DNA from: Lama guanicoe
Taxonomy: Eukaryota
Length of the DNA stretch: 64,000 bases
NCBI GenBank assembly: GCA_013239625.1
Contig: MU056029.1
Span: forward strand, 186,001-250,000
Reading direction: 5' to 3'
The position numbers and the translations under genes are program-made. The notes under the pieces are model-generated. The model searched no databases. It was not told the DNA's origin and saw only the letters and a list, made by a program, of their open reading frames with translations. Shown here piece after piece: positions 37,047 through 50,185 of the stretch (position 1 is the stretch's first letter; each line of letters starts with the position of its first letter).

Positions 37047-38935
37047 GACTTCCATGTAAGGAGCTTAAAAGTCACCAATCCATTCTAACAATAAGGAAAG
37101 AACTGAAAAATCTAAAAAGTCAACAACTCTTTTCAGATCCATCAGAGAAGTGAGGTCACCAATTCTCTGCCCTGCAAAGTTATGCTTCAAAAGTGCAGGA
37201 GAAATAAAATCTTTCTCAGACAAACAGAAATGGAAGGAGTTTGTTGCCAGTAGACAGGAAGAAATGTAAGAAATATTGAAAGAAGTTCTTTAGAGACAGG
37301 GAAAATGATATAGGTCAGAAACTTGGATCTACATAAAGAAAGGAAGAGCATCAGAAAGAATAAGTGAAGATACAATTAAAAAAACTTTTCTTATTCTTAA
37401 TTGATCTAACAGAGAACACTTGTTCTAAATAATAATAGCAACAATATGTTAGGCTATTAACAATATTATGAACAATACATTACGTATTTACATACATTTA
37501 TGTACATGCGTCTATATATGCTTATGTATGCTTATGATGTATAAGTGGAATGAATGACAGCAACAACATAAGAAATGGGAGGGAGGAAGTACAATTATTT
37601 GATTAGTATAAGGTACTTGCACTATTCATGAAGAATTCATGTTATTTGAAAGTGGACTTGGATTAGTTGCTGATGTATATTGCAAACTCTAGGGTAACAA
37701 ATTAAAAATGAGAAAAGAACTATAATTGATATGCAAGGAGAGAAAATGGAATCGTGTAAAACGTTCAGTTGAAAACCACAAAAGGCAGAACGAGTGTAGA
37801 AGATAAAAAATAGGAACAAAGAACATGGGTAACAAATAGAAAATAGTTCAAATATGGTAGGTATTCATCCAACTAAGTAAATAATTGCTTTAAATTTCAT
37901 TGGTCTAAATATAGCAACTAATAGACAGAACTCGCCATAGTGGATCAAAGACCAAGACCCAGGGGGGAGGACATAGCTCCATGGTAATGTGTGTGCTTAG
38001 CTTGTACAAGGTCCTAGGTTCAAATAATAATCTACTTTAAATACAAAGACGTATATAGATTAAAAGTAAAGAGATGAAGAAAGATATACCATGCTAACAT
38101 CAATCAAAAAAAGAGTAAGTAGCTACGTTAATTTCAGATGGATAAGATTTCAAAGCAAGGAAAGTTATCAGAGATAAAGGGAGGCATTACATAATGATAT
38201 GTTGTGTGCAAAAAGACATAATTCTTAATGTGTATGTGCCTAGCAACACAGCACCCAAATACTAGAAGCAAAATCTGATAGAACTGCACGACAAGTAACC
38301 GAACCCATTACTGTTGTTGGATGGGTTCGACAAGTGTGCTATTGCCTTAGCACACTTCTATCAGAAACCAACAGATCGACCAGGCAGGAAATCAGCAAGG
38401 ACGTAGTTGCATTCAACAGTTATCATTAGATAACTGGATATAACGGACATCTACTGACTACTTTATCCAACAACAGAATATTAGACAGTCTTCTCAATTT
38501 CAAATGAAACTTTCACCAGGATAGACCACACTTTGGGCCATAAAACACAGCTTAACAAATTTAAAAGAATAGAAATCATACAGGGTCTGCTTTCAGACCA
38601 TAAGGGAATTAAATTAGAAATCAGTAGCAGAAAGCAGCTGCAAAATTCTCAAATGCGTGGAGATTAAACAACATACTTCTAAAGAACACATGGGCCAAAG
38701 AAGTCTCAAGAGAAATTAAAATAATTATTTTGAATGTAATGAAAATGAAAACACAATTTATCAAAATTTCTGGAATGCAGTAAAAACAGTGCTAAGAGGA
38801 AAATTTATAGCACTGCATGCATATATTAAAAAAGAGAGAAAGACCTAAAATCAATCATCTGAGCTTCCAGGAGCTTTGGAAATTAGAAAAAGAAGTGCAA
38901 ATTAAATCGCAAGTAAGCAGAAGGAAAAAAATAAT
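37047..38935 (+). mobile_element. LINE-1 fragment (5' piece, ORF1 end, ORF2 endonuclease), with a truncated SINE at ~37961-38030
   Basis: 38521-38622 translates IDHTLGHKTQLNKFKRIEIIQGLLSDHKGIKLEI (L1 endonuclease SDH motif); LNVYVPS at ~38224. Confidence 0.88.
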
Positions 38936-41199
38936 GTGAAAGCTGACTTACCTTGAGCTAGCAGTTCCCAAGGTGTCCAACAGATGTCACTGTGTTTCCC
39001 TCCAAAATTTAAAGTATCCAGGAGGCCCTGTGAGTACCCTGAGGTGACTGCCCTGGGACACAGTCTGTTTATGCAAAGCAATATCTGTTTACTGGCAAAC
39101 AGGTGTACGTAGTCGTTTTTTCTCTACATGATGATATTAGAGATGGAGAAAATCCTGGATAGGAATAGAGCAAAGGGAAAAAAATGGCCGGGGAGGGGGA
39201 GAATACAAATAGAATTTTAAAAAGAGCTACAGAAATGTATTTTTTATTCAGTGCTACAAACATAAGCTTATCATTTTACTAGATATTTGATATCAGAATA
39301 CAATTATGAATGAGGTAAATTACATTACCTACTTGACTTTTCTATAACTCAAATAATAAGTTACATGTAATCCCAAAGGGAGAGAGAACCAGTTTTTCTT
39401 TTTTTAATATAAACACTTTCTCAATTTGAAAACTAGAATTGTAGTAATGCTCACAAGTGTAATAAACTCCAAGAATTAGTTGCTTAAACAATTGTTAGCA
39501 ACCAAGGGGTTTCATTTTTTTTTTTCCTTCAAGAATGTTGCTGTGTGAAAAACTGAAACTATTGTCAACCATTCACTCAAGTCTAGCTAAATTCAACAGA
39601 CAAGAGGAGTCAGGATTATCTCTAACTCTTCTAATAAAAACAAAACACAAAAGCAGTTGTTAGTTATAATTTGTAATTAGTAACATGTTATTAATGGGTT
39701 GTTGGTTGATTTTATCTAGCAGTGGTTAGGTAGGTGTGTTTTTTGTTGTTTGTTTTAATTCTGTGTTATTTCAAGAAGGATGGCTGGATAACTTGGTTTC
39801 TGATGAGGACAGAAAGATATTTATATCTCATTTCACTGGTAATCTTTCTCTTCTGAACTTTGGACTTCTAGGTGCTTATTTAAAAAAATATGTTGCTACT
39901 GCCATCTGTTGGATGGAATGTGAGACCTACTCAGACACACGGACCTTTGAAACAACCAAATTATTTGTCCTTTCCTTTTAACTTGTCTCCCAAAGGAAAG
40001 ATTCTGTCTTTACTCTGTAGGGGTTGGCATAGATGTTGGCTCCCAATCCCAGAGCCTAATTTATTTTGGGAATATATTCTATTGTAGTGGGACACTGCCT
40101 CTTCTGAAGTTTAGATTCTTTCTACTGAAGAGAGAGTGTGAGGTTTTTATCAGCTCAGTAGGACTTAGAGAGTAAGGGAGGCTCGTGGGGGATGAGAGAT
40201 GTGGCTGTGCTTGAGTATGTTTAGAACAAGCATATTTTTAGTACAAGGTAGTAGGACCTACAAAGGACTCAGTGGCAGAGGAATGAGGCAAGTTCTGTTG
40301 CTAGATGGTCCTGCATTTTTGAAGCCAGTGATCTTACGTCTCTGGGTTTCATCTTTCTCAGCCATAAGATGAGATGGCTGGACTAGAACTCAGAAAAATC
40401 TCATGAGCTCAAGATACACGTGGTTCCCTCTCACTATAGAGTCACACTCAAAGACTGGCAGTCACCACAGCAAATACAAATTTCAATCCACAGTTCTTGA
40501 AAAACATGAAAAAAGATCCAATCTACCAACCCATAGGAAACCCATGTTACTCCATTCCAATTCTTCTTTTCCTATTTTCTGCATGCTCTGAGGGTTAACC
40601 ATTCTTCCATCATCACCCGTCCCCACACTCTTTCTCCAAGAGTGGCTGTTCTTTCTCTCTCCTTCCCATTCTCTCTTGTTCAGCCTCTTTCTTAGTCCTT
40701 CCCTTCTCATCTTGCCCCTCAAATCCTGTGTCTCTCCAGTCTGGGAGAAATAGCCTCTTCTCCAAGGTGGGGGACAGGAGGAGAAGCTGAGCGAGGTGAA
40801 ACACATTTCATACTGGTCTTGGGAGGCAGGAGCGCTGGGAAGCTCATACGCATCCCCAAGCACCCAACCGCCGAGAGCCTTCTACTCCTTGCAACATGAC
40901 TACAGCACCGAAAGCTAAGCCACCCGGTTAAAAAGCGCACCCTAGAATGTTTCCCGTGGACTGGCCATGACTAAAAGGTAGAGGCTACTTTGTTCCTTCC
41001 TCCAGCCTCGCTAAAGAAAGACTGGGGTCATTCCTGAGCTCAGTTCTAATTTGCTTTCTTGACATTTGATGCCCACAAGACTAGGAGTTTATTCACTGGC
41101 TCCTGCCTTCGCTCCATCCGTCAGTCATTCCATTCATCTGTACCAGACGGGGAAGGGGACATTTAGGAGGAACTCCTGTAAGGTTTCTTCTCTGAGGAT

Positions 41200-41700
41200 G
41201 AAGTCCCGGTTGAGCCTTGGGTGGGTATCTCCAGAACGAGAGCCTGGGGTGGGGCTTCTCCCGGGGCGAGGCCTCCCGCGGAGCTCTCGCGAGACTGTTC
41301 TCAGCCCCGGCCCCGGGGTAGGCTGGCTCTCCCGGTCCTCGGCTGCCGCTCAGCGGCTCTCTGCCCACCCTCCTCTTCCAGGCATGCCGAGGCTCGCTCT
41401 GCAAGAGGGGGCTGCAGCCAGGCTGCGCTCAGGCTTTCACAGAAAGGAAAAGCAGTTGCTCCTGGCAGAAGGTTTGGGGAGCTACTTAGACCTGTCTCTT
41501 ACCAGTGCTGTCCGTGAAGAGAGGGCTCCCGGCGGCTGGGGTGGAAGGGCGTGGCCAGCAGGGTCTCCAGCTGACACCCACCCCGGAGGAGGTCTGCAGA
41601 AGGGAGAGCCTGTTATCGGCGGAGAGTCACAGCCAGTTCTGCGTTTGGTGGTGATGATTCATTTCCTCGGTAGAGGTTTGGGAGGATTATAGCTGGAATT
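41200..41700. promoter_or_regulatory. CpG-enriched promoter-like region with TCTCGCGAGA palindrome
   Basis: Locally GC- and CpG-rich non-repeat sequence; perfect TCTCGCGAGA at 41285-41294 (BANP/Kaiso-type motif). Confidence 0.5.
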
Positions 41701-41910
41701 TGAAAAAGTCATTTCTATATCTGGCGACAAAGTGACTCGGAGTGATCAGCATGTACTTTTTTGTCATCGATGGTAATATCACCAACATCACTGTACTGAG
41801 AAAAATGTAAAATGAAGCTGTCACATTAAAAAAGAAATTATCCAAACAAAACTCCAAGCAAAATATGAAGCTCTACCACCCCCAGTCTCCTTAGGTTAAG
41901 TGCACAGGCT

Positions 41911-41931
41911 ATGTATATATATGCATATCAC

Positions 41932-41972
<41 letters not shown>

Positions 41973-42035
41973 TATATGCTTATTTGTATGTATGTGCATG
42001 TATCTATGTATGTGTATGTGTGTATACATATGTGC
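41911..42035. repeat. Compound (TA)n(CA)n/(TATG)n microsatellite
   Basis: Directly visible. Confidence 0.95.
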
Positions 42036-42744
42036 ATTTTCTAAGCATTCAGGCTTTAGACGACATAATAACGCAATGAGGAATGCCGTATTCCCAGCCG
42101 CCAGACCTAGTGCATGTCTCCAAACACCGGCTGGGTGGGGAGGATGCTTTAAGGATGCCCCTTATGTCAACAGTGTCCTCTCCAGCTTTGCTTGAGGAAG
42201 AGGATGAATATTTGTTTGACAATTTGACAGCATGGAAAAGTGAGACTTCCGGGAACCTAGTCCCTCCTCTCAAAGTCATTTTGCCTTTGCTGGTGCCCGG
42301 GGATCTCTGTCACTCACAGTCCCCATGGCAGAGAACAACACATCGCTAGTGCAGATGCTCACCAGGTCCTTCCCCTGGGATGGCTAGCTCCAATTCCATT
42401 CCCACAGGGACGTGACGCTTCTGTTTTTAGTATCTTCTGTCCTGAAGGAGTCTCTGTTGAGGGCTAGTCCTTGGAGATAATCATCTTCCTGCACATGGAG
42501 GCAGTCCTGCACCTTAGAGCTTAAGGAGGCAGTAAGGGTCCTCGAGGCCATGCTACCCTCGAGAGTCAGCCCTGTCTGTAAAGATGCATGGTTTGTAGGA
42601 ACAGATGGGTGGACCTAGGCACTGTGGGGGTGCAGAGTTGCCACCCAGTGGATCCAGCTACACTGTAATGGGACGTCTTGGCAGGAGATGGGGAACAATC
42701 TGAAGCAGGCTCTCCAGTGCCTTTAAAATTGTCTTATCTCCAGA

Positions 42745-42862
42745 GGGGAGAGTATAGCTCAGTGATAGAGTTCAGTCCCCTCAGTTCAATCTGCAGTACC
42801 TCCATTAAAAATAAATCAATAAATCAATAGATCAATCAATCAACCTAATCCCCCCTCCCCAA
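42745..42862 (+). mobile_element. Vic-1-like SINE (internally altered)
   Basis: ggggagagtatagctcagtgatagag...agtacctccattaaaaataaa...cctaatcccccctcccc. Confidence 0.82.
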
Positions 42863-42989
42863 ATCACTCTTATGGGATGGAATATAACATAATATTTTAA
42901 TATGGGCAAAGGAAGGTAGGGTTTTAAGAGATTAAATGGGAACTTTGATTTGAAGTCTATGGAAATCTCACTTATTTATTTGCTTATTT

Positions 42990-44480
42990 ATTTATATCGA
43001 AGCATAACATGTCACTGAGATGTGACACAACAGTATATTAGCTTCAGGTGTATGACATAATGATTTGAATATGTTGCAAAATGATGACCACAATAAATCT
43101 AGTTAACATCTGTCACTATACATTGTTACAAAAATCTTTTTTCTTGTGGTAGGAACTTCTAAGATTTACTCTCTTAGCAACTTTCAAACATGCAATACTG
43201 TATTATTAACCATAGTCACCATGCTGTACATTACATCCTCATGATTTATTTATTTTATAATTGGAATTTTTAATCTTTTGACCCCCTTCACCTACCCACC
43301 TCTACCCCTGCCTCTGACAAGCACCAATCTGTTTTCCATATCTATGAGCTTGGTTTTGCTTTGTTTTTAGAGTCCACATATAAGTAAGATCAAATGGTAT
43401 TTGTCTTTCTCTGACTTTTTTCACTTAGCATAATGCCCTCAAAGTCCATCAGTCTTGAAAGTGGCAAGATTTCCTCCTTTCTCATGACTGTAGAATACCT
43501 ACATTTCTCTCTATCTATGTATCTATCCATCCATCTATCTATTTATGTCACATTTTCTTTATTCACTCATCCATTGATGGACATTTAGATTGTTTCTATA
43601 TTTTGGTTTTTGTAAATAATACTATAATGAACACAGGATTGTATATATCTTTTCAAATCAGTTTTTGTTAGCCAGAATTGAAAGCACTAGATCATATGGT
43701 AATTTCATTGTTAATTTTTTGAGGAACCTCCATAGTTTTTTCCACAGTGGCTGTACCAATTTACAGTCTCACCAAAAGTGCACGAGGGTCCCCCTTATAT
43801 CCTCGCCAACATTTGCTGTTTCTTGTCTTTTTGATAATAATAATTTCAGCACATGTGAGGCAACATCTCATTGTGGTTTTGATTTGCATCACCCTGATAA
43901 TCAGCGATGTTGAGCATCCTTCCTGTGTCTATTGTCCATCTGTATGTCTTCTTTGGAAAGATGTCTATTCAGATCTTCTGCCCATTTTAAAACTGATTTT
44001 TTTGTTTTGCTATTTGAATTGTGTGAGTTCTTTATATATTTTAAATATTTATCCATTATCATATGTATGATACGCAAATATTTTCTCCCATTCAGTAGGT
44101 TGCCTCTTCATTTTATTTCCTCTGTTGTGCAGAATCTTTTTAGGCTGATGTAGTCCCACCTTTTTGTTTAGACTTTTGCTGCCTTTGCTTGTCAAATCCA
44201 AAAAACCATCACCAAGATTGATGTCAAGGAGCTTATGGCTTATGTTTTCTTCTGAGAATTTATGGGTCTTACATGCAGGTCTTTAATCTATTTTGAATTA
44301 GCTTTTATGCATGATGTAAAATAGTGGTCCAGTTTCATTTTTCTGCATGTAGCTGTCCAGTTTTTTCAACATCATTATTGAAGAAACAATCCTCTCTCCA
44401 TTGTATATTCTTGGCTCTTTCGTCATAAATTAATTGACCACATATGTGTGAGTTTATTTCTGGGCTCTCTGTTCCACTTA
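42990..44480 (-). mobile_element. LINE-1 3' UTR and ORF2 C-terminus (antisense)
   Basis: ttttgaggaacctccatagttttttccacagtggctgtaccaatttaca, ctcattgtggttttgatttgcat, gctgtccagttttttcaacatcattattgaaga. Confidence 0.9.
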
Positions 44481-45429
44481 TGGAATCCTCTCTCCCATTA
44501 TACCTCATTGTAATTTTTTTTAATTGCAGTTAATTAGGTTTCTCTATTAAAATGGCCTATAGGTGGACTTCAAGTCTACCAGAAGTCCATATTTTTCTAC
44601 TTTGATGAAGCCTGGTGACCACTAGTAAGAACCTAGAATTACAGTCATCACAAGTAGGATGAATGCTGGGATATGAATGATGGTCACTGCAGGAACCGGA
44701 CAGCTGCCACTCCAGGAGCCCTTCTGTTGCTGTGCTGAGTGCACATAGTTATCACATTTATTCCCCAGAGCAACTCATGGGGCAGGGTTTCCCATCCCGA
44801 TTTTCAGAAAGAATACTGAAACCAAGAGAGGCTCACACAGCAGAACCAGTTGTGGATTTATGTACCCTGACCCCAAAGTTTTGACCTATGATGGGGAGCT
44901 CTGCTTCTTCCCAGGGGTTCTAGCAAGCAGTGTGAGGTAGTAGATTTCCCTCTAGGGTGAGTGAGAGCTCCTGCTTTATGGTACTGTGTCAGTCAGGGGC
45001 ACCAAATCTGTTTGGCAGATACAGCTGTATCTATAAATGTAGCCCTTGCCCTCATGAAACTTACAGACTTGTTAGTCTAATGGTAGAGATACAGCATTGA
45101 TGTAAGATAATAACTATTTATTAATCTCTATTATTCCCGAAACAATATTGCTCTGCTATACCATAACTAGTCTCTTTCATTTGTATATCCAAAATCAAAT
45201 AAATATATTTCCCTAAGATAACAACTTAAATAGGTAGATAGTTTCCTTATCAAATTATCCATCATCCATCCATCCATCCATCCCTCTAGAAAATATTTGT
45301 TGATTTTGACTTAGTGTCAGGTATGTTTGCTAAAGATTAAAGGCCATATAGAGATATAAAAATTAAACATCACTTCTTCCCCAAAAGTGCTCAAAGTCTG
45401 TCTGGGGGAGAACTTCTATATAGAGGATT

Positions 45430-46015
45430 ATGGTTGGTCCTCTGTATCCACGAATTCCTCATTCACAGACTCAACCAGCCACAGGTCAAATATGTCTGAG
45501 AAAAAATTCCAGAAAGTTCCAAAAAGCAAAACTTGAGTATGCTGCATGCCAGCAACTATTTATACAGCATTTACATTGTATTTACAATGCTTTAGGTAGC
45601 ATTTGCATTGCATTAGGTATTATCAGTAATCCAGAGATGATTTAAAGTATATGGAAGGTCGAGATTTTCAGGTACTACTATATATAAAACAGATAGACAA
45701 GTTTCTACTGTATAGTACACGGAACCATATTCAATATCTTGTAGTAACCTCTAATGAAAAAGAATATGGAAATGAATATATGTCTGTATATGTATGACTG
45801 AAACTTTATGCTGTACACCAGAAATTGACACAACGTTGTAAACTGAAAATATTTCAAATTAAAAATTAAAAATTAAAATAAGATAAAAACTTAAGCATAT
45901 AGGAGGATGTGAGTAGGTTATAGGCAAATATGTTTTTCACTATAAGGGACTTGAACATCCATGGATTTTGATTGGCTCCTGGAACCAGTCCCCTCTGGAT
46001 ACTGAGGAACGACTA
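45430..46015 (+). mobile_element. MER2/Tigger2-like MITE interrupted by an L1 3' end (~45659-45891)
   Basis: Same family as 13285-13623. The L1 tail lies between degenerate direct repeats taaagtatatggaagg / taagcatataggagg. Confidence 0.85.
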
Positions 46016-48994
46016 TATAACATAAGGGAGAATGAGCAAGTTCTGGGGAAGAGTTTGTAAGAGAATAATCTCTCCCTGGGGAATCACAGAAGTCCTGACA
46101 AATGGACAGGGGAAATGGGCTAGTGGAGAGGACATTGCAGATGAACACAGGGAGCTTGGACTCAGGGGGCACTTGGGAATGTTAGTGGAGGGAAGAGCTG
46201 GAGCCAGGTTGAAGAGGCAGCCCATGGAGGGAGGGCTCAAGCACCAGGGTAGTAGGCTCAGGCTGGATTCGGCAGGAGTGTGGTCCACAAGAGCTTTTAC
46301 AGCAGGGGAAGTCCATGACACGGGTTTAGTGGGGAAAGCACGCTCTGTAGAGGCAGGCATATCCTCGCTAGAATCTTGACTGTTTTTTTTTTAAGTGATG
46401 TCCACCGGTAAGTTACTCTCTGAGCCTCTGTTCCCATGTCTGCACCTTGAAGGAAATGATGCCTGCCTTTTGGTCTTGTTTGGAGGGCCCAGGTCAATCA
46501 CATGTGCAGTGTCCATGATTGGGGAGGGTGGGGTTCCTGACCTGTGGGGACACTCTGTAGAGGGTGCACTCTGACGGGGTTAGGAGACTGGTGCTCTGGG
46601 ACGCCTCCTCGTCAAGGTGGGTGGTGGAGGCTGGCAGCCTGGTTAAGATAACTACCTGAGGCCTCAACGGCATGGCCATGGAAATGGAACACAAGCAGGG
46701 GCAGAGCTGGGAGACAAGGAAGAAGGGATGGAAACTGAAGTTTAATGGGAGGTGTAGCTGCAGGGTGAGGGAGCTACGGAGGCAGATGTGACCAAAAGGG
46801 GTTCTGGGGCTGCTTTCCCAGCAGCACTCAGCCCAGGGAAGTCAGAGTTGGGCCATGAGCCTAGAACAGTCCTTCTGGGAAACTAGACTTTTTCTTTCAA
46901 GCCACAGCAAATTCCAGGAGTTCCCATTTTCACACAAGCTTCCAATGTCCGATGCCAGATTTATAGCTTCAAGTGGCAAAGGATTTTTGGTTTTCCTTGG
47001 GGCTCAAACCACACCAGGCTGCTTGGCTTCCTCCTATGCAGTCAGGTTGGCCAAGAAAACTGTTCAGTCATTCTGCTTTGAATGGAAGGCCTGCTGCTTT
47101 GTGGCTCTTGACACTTACTTTACCCTGAAAGTGGAACTTCATCCTGGCCTGCATGGGTGGTGGAGGCGGAGCTGGAAAGATGTATTTCCCACATTTGGAT
47201 AGAGTCTTCAGCTTCAAACACTTTTATTCCTGGTGGCACAGTTTACAGCCTTGCTCGAAAGACAGAATTAGGAAACAAAATTAACTCAATGATGATTGAA
47301 CTGTGATGAGGTGAGTGTCTGTAAGCACTTCCCCCAGGGGAGCCAAGCAGGCATCTACCACGTGAAAACTATATCCCAAGGGAAGATGATGAAAAGTTGA
47401 AACTAGACTAAAGAATCTGAGAAAAAGAAGAATTATTTTAATTAGTGGTGCAGTCATGTCTTAATTAAATTGTGATATTCCAGAATAACACCTCTGTGGA
47501 CATCAGGTATGAATTTCTATTCCGGGTGTTCCACCAGTGTCCCAGCGCAGAAAGGGCCATGAAATTCAGGCTTATTAAACCTGAATCCACTTTGTGGCAC
47601 TTCCAGACCCCGCGTAAGCGCTTCTGTGTTTTCACCAGCAGATGTCACTGTTCACACATAAAACGGAAACAGGGGTGGGTTCCAGGAAGGAAGTTAGGAT
47701 TAACACTGGTAAGGACCTCTGAGAGGAGGAAGACCAGACACCACCACAGGGCTAAGGGGTTGGATTAGAAGATCCTGGTCTGTTTGAGAAAACTTGACCT
47801 TACTCACACTGGGCTATCATGGTCATAATTGGCCACTTGCCTCCCAGGTGTGAATACTCAAATTTGTTTTGCACTGAGTAACAGGTAATTTTCCTTCTGA
47901 CCCTGAGTTCCTTTGAATATTCTCAAAGTTCTCTGAGGCTAACGAAATCGTGGCTTTTAAGGGGATCTTGGTTAAAATGTTGGTTGCTGTCTTGCCCCCA
48001 ATTTGAGTGTATAGAGTATGAGTCCGGGACAGACAGACCGTTGGTCAAACATTGGTCCTGCTTGTGGGCTGCAGCAATGGCAGCCGCAGCTGACACTTCA
48101 GAGGGCTTCAGTGGGTGACAGTTTGAGTCCCCCCCCAGCCACCCTCGGGTTGAGATGCTGTTTTTGCTGCTTGCTGGCTGACACTGTGTGCTTACATACT
48201 GATAGGTACCAACCCAATGGAGATTCCATGACAAAATGGTGCCTAGAGCCAGTGCTCCCTCAGAGGGGCAAGCACATCGGCTGAACTTGACATCCAGTAG
48301 GGAGAGAGAAAAAACTGAGAAGCATCTATTGGTTATCGGGTCCTAAGCTCAAGTTGATTGCAGAATCAAATGAGATGCCATTCGTGAAAGGACCTTGTGC
48401 CCTGCTACACACGCACTCTGTTGAGTAAGGCGTTATAATTTAGCAGCGCTAAGTGAGAGCTCCAGAAATACCCCAGGCACGCATTAGGGCCCTCTTAATA
48501 AATACATGCAGTCCATGGCAGCATCTGTGAGGAGGTGTATGTATTGGGGAAAATTGCACACTGTGAGTCATGCAGGATTTATCTGCAAGGCCCTCCTTGC
48601 CTTCTGACCATGATGATGGTGGTAATGGTGACTGTGATCATTGGTTCCTAATTGCTTTGTCTATCAGATGACCCACCAGCCCCTCCGTGCGAAAAGCTGC
48701 CCTGGTTTGGGTTGCATGGATGCACGATGTGCCAATCCTTCTGGTCCACGGAGCCTCATCCAGAAGGCTCATCCTTCCCCTCAGATCGCTGAATCACAGA
48801 TCCAGCTGCTTCTGGTCTGAGGATTTCTTTAACATCCTTATCACACCCTAGACATAGGTTGCATGAAACTTGCCTTACAGAAGAGGTGGGGCATGCCAAT
48901 TCCTATTGAGCCCAGAACTAGAGGACCTAGGGAGACACAATGTAGGAAAGTGTTAATACGTTCCCCCGGCTCTGGTCCTCGCTGCTGAGAGGTA

Positions 48995-49205
48995 GCCTTT
49001 GTTGATCACTGACATGTCAGACACTGTGCTAAATGCTTTACAATATTATTCTGAGATAGACATTATTACCCCACTGCCCCATTATACAGAGGAGAACACT
49101 GAGGCTAGGAGAGGTTAAATAACTTGCCTAACAGCACACACTAGTGACAGGCCCAGGACTTAAAGGCAGACAATTTGTCTCTGAAGACTTATACCTAAGC
49201 CCTAA
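48995..49205 (-). mobile_element. MIR
   Basis: Core ccccattatacagaggagaacactgaggctaggagaggttaaataacttgcct. Confidence 0.85.
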
Positions 49206-49687
49206 CAGTGTACTTACAGCATAGGAACAGTCCCTATTCCCAGTATGGTTTTAGCTCATTATTCAGGTTTGCTGATTTCTTCCAGGGCTGTAGAATCCTC
49301 TCCCCTATGTCCTGCCCCCACCTTCATGCAACAGCTTTTCTGAACAAAGGCATCCATCTTCATTGCTGAATGGGAAGGCCATGGTAGGTATCCAACAGAT
49401 ACATGTTGAATGAATGCAAGTCTGCATGTTTTCTGTGGGGGCACCAAAGAGTCTTTACCCAGTTGGAAGCTCACAAGTGAGGCATGGGTTCCTCTCAATG
49501 TGCAGAGAAAACCCCTGAGCAGGACAAAAAACCACTTTGAGGGCTCATTGCTCTCCACTGAGTTGAAGTAGCCAGGTTTCATGTCTCTAGGAGCCAACTC
49601 ATTTTATGAAATTGTATGCATAAGTAAGGAATGTTTAGGAAGGAAGATGATGAGAAATGCCATTCTTCTCCCTGGTGTGGTGAATCA

Positions 49688-50185
49688 TTTTTTCTTTTTA
49701 TTATTGAACTATAGTTGACCTACAATATTATGTTAGTTCAGGTGTACTGCATAGTATTTGCATACATTATAAACTAATCAGCATCATAAATCTAGTAACC
49801 ATCTTTCCCCATAAAAAGTTATTACACCATTGACCATATTCCTTATGCTGTGTATTACATCCCTGTGGCTTCTTTTATAACTTGATGTTTGTACTTTTAC
49901 CTGTTTCACCTACCCTCTGAATCCTTTCCCCTCTGGCAAACCCCCTTCTGTTCTCTGTATTTATGGGTCTGTTTTCATTTTGTTTCATTTGCTTGTTTGT
50001 TTTATTTTTTAGATTCTGTTCCAAGTGAGATCATACAATATTTGTCTTTCTCTGTCTGGCTTATTTCACTTAGCATAATATCCTCTAGATCCATCCACGT
50101 TGTCGCAAATGGCAAGATTTCATTTCCCTTTTCATGACTGAGTAGTATTCCATTGTATGTATATACCATATCTTCTTTATCTCTT
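49688..50185 (-). mobile_element. L1 3' end (antisense)
   Basis: ttattgaactatagttgacctacaatatta...tttgtctttctctgtctggcttatttcacttagcataata. Confidence 0.88.

Noticed and set aside
41066..41692. 208-aa ORF over the CpG-rich region
   Set aside because: Stop-poor GC-rich DNA with several overlapping open frames and no recognisable homology.
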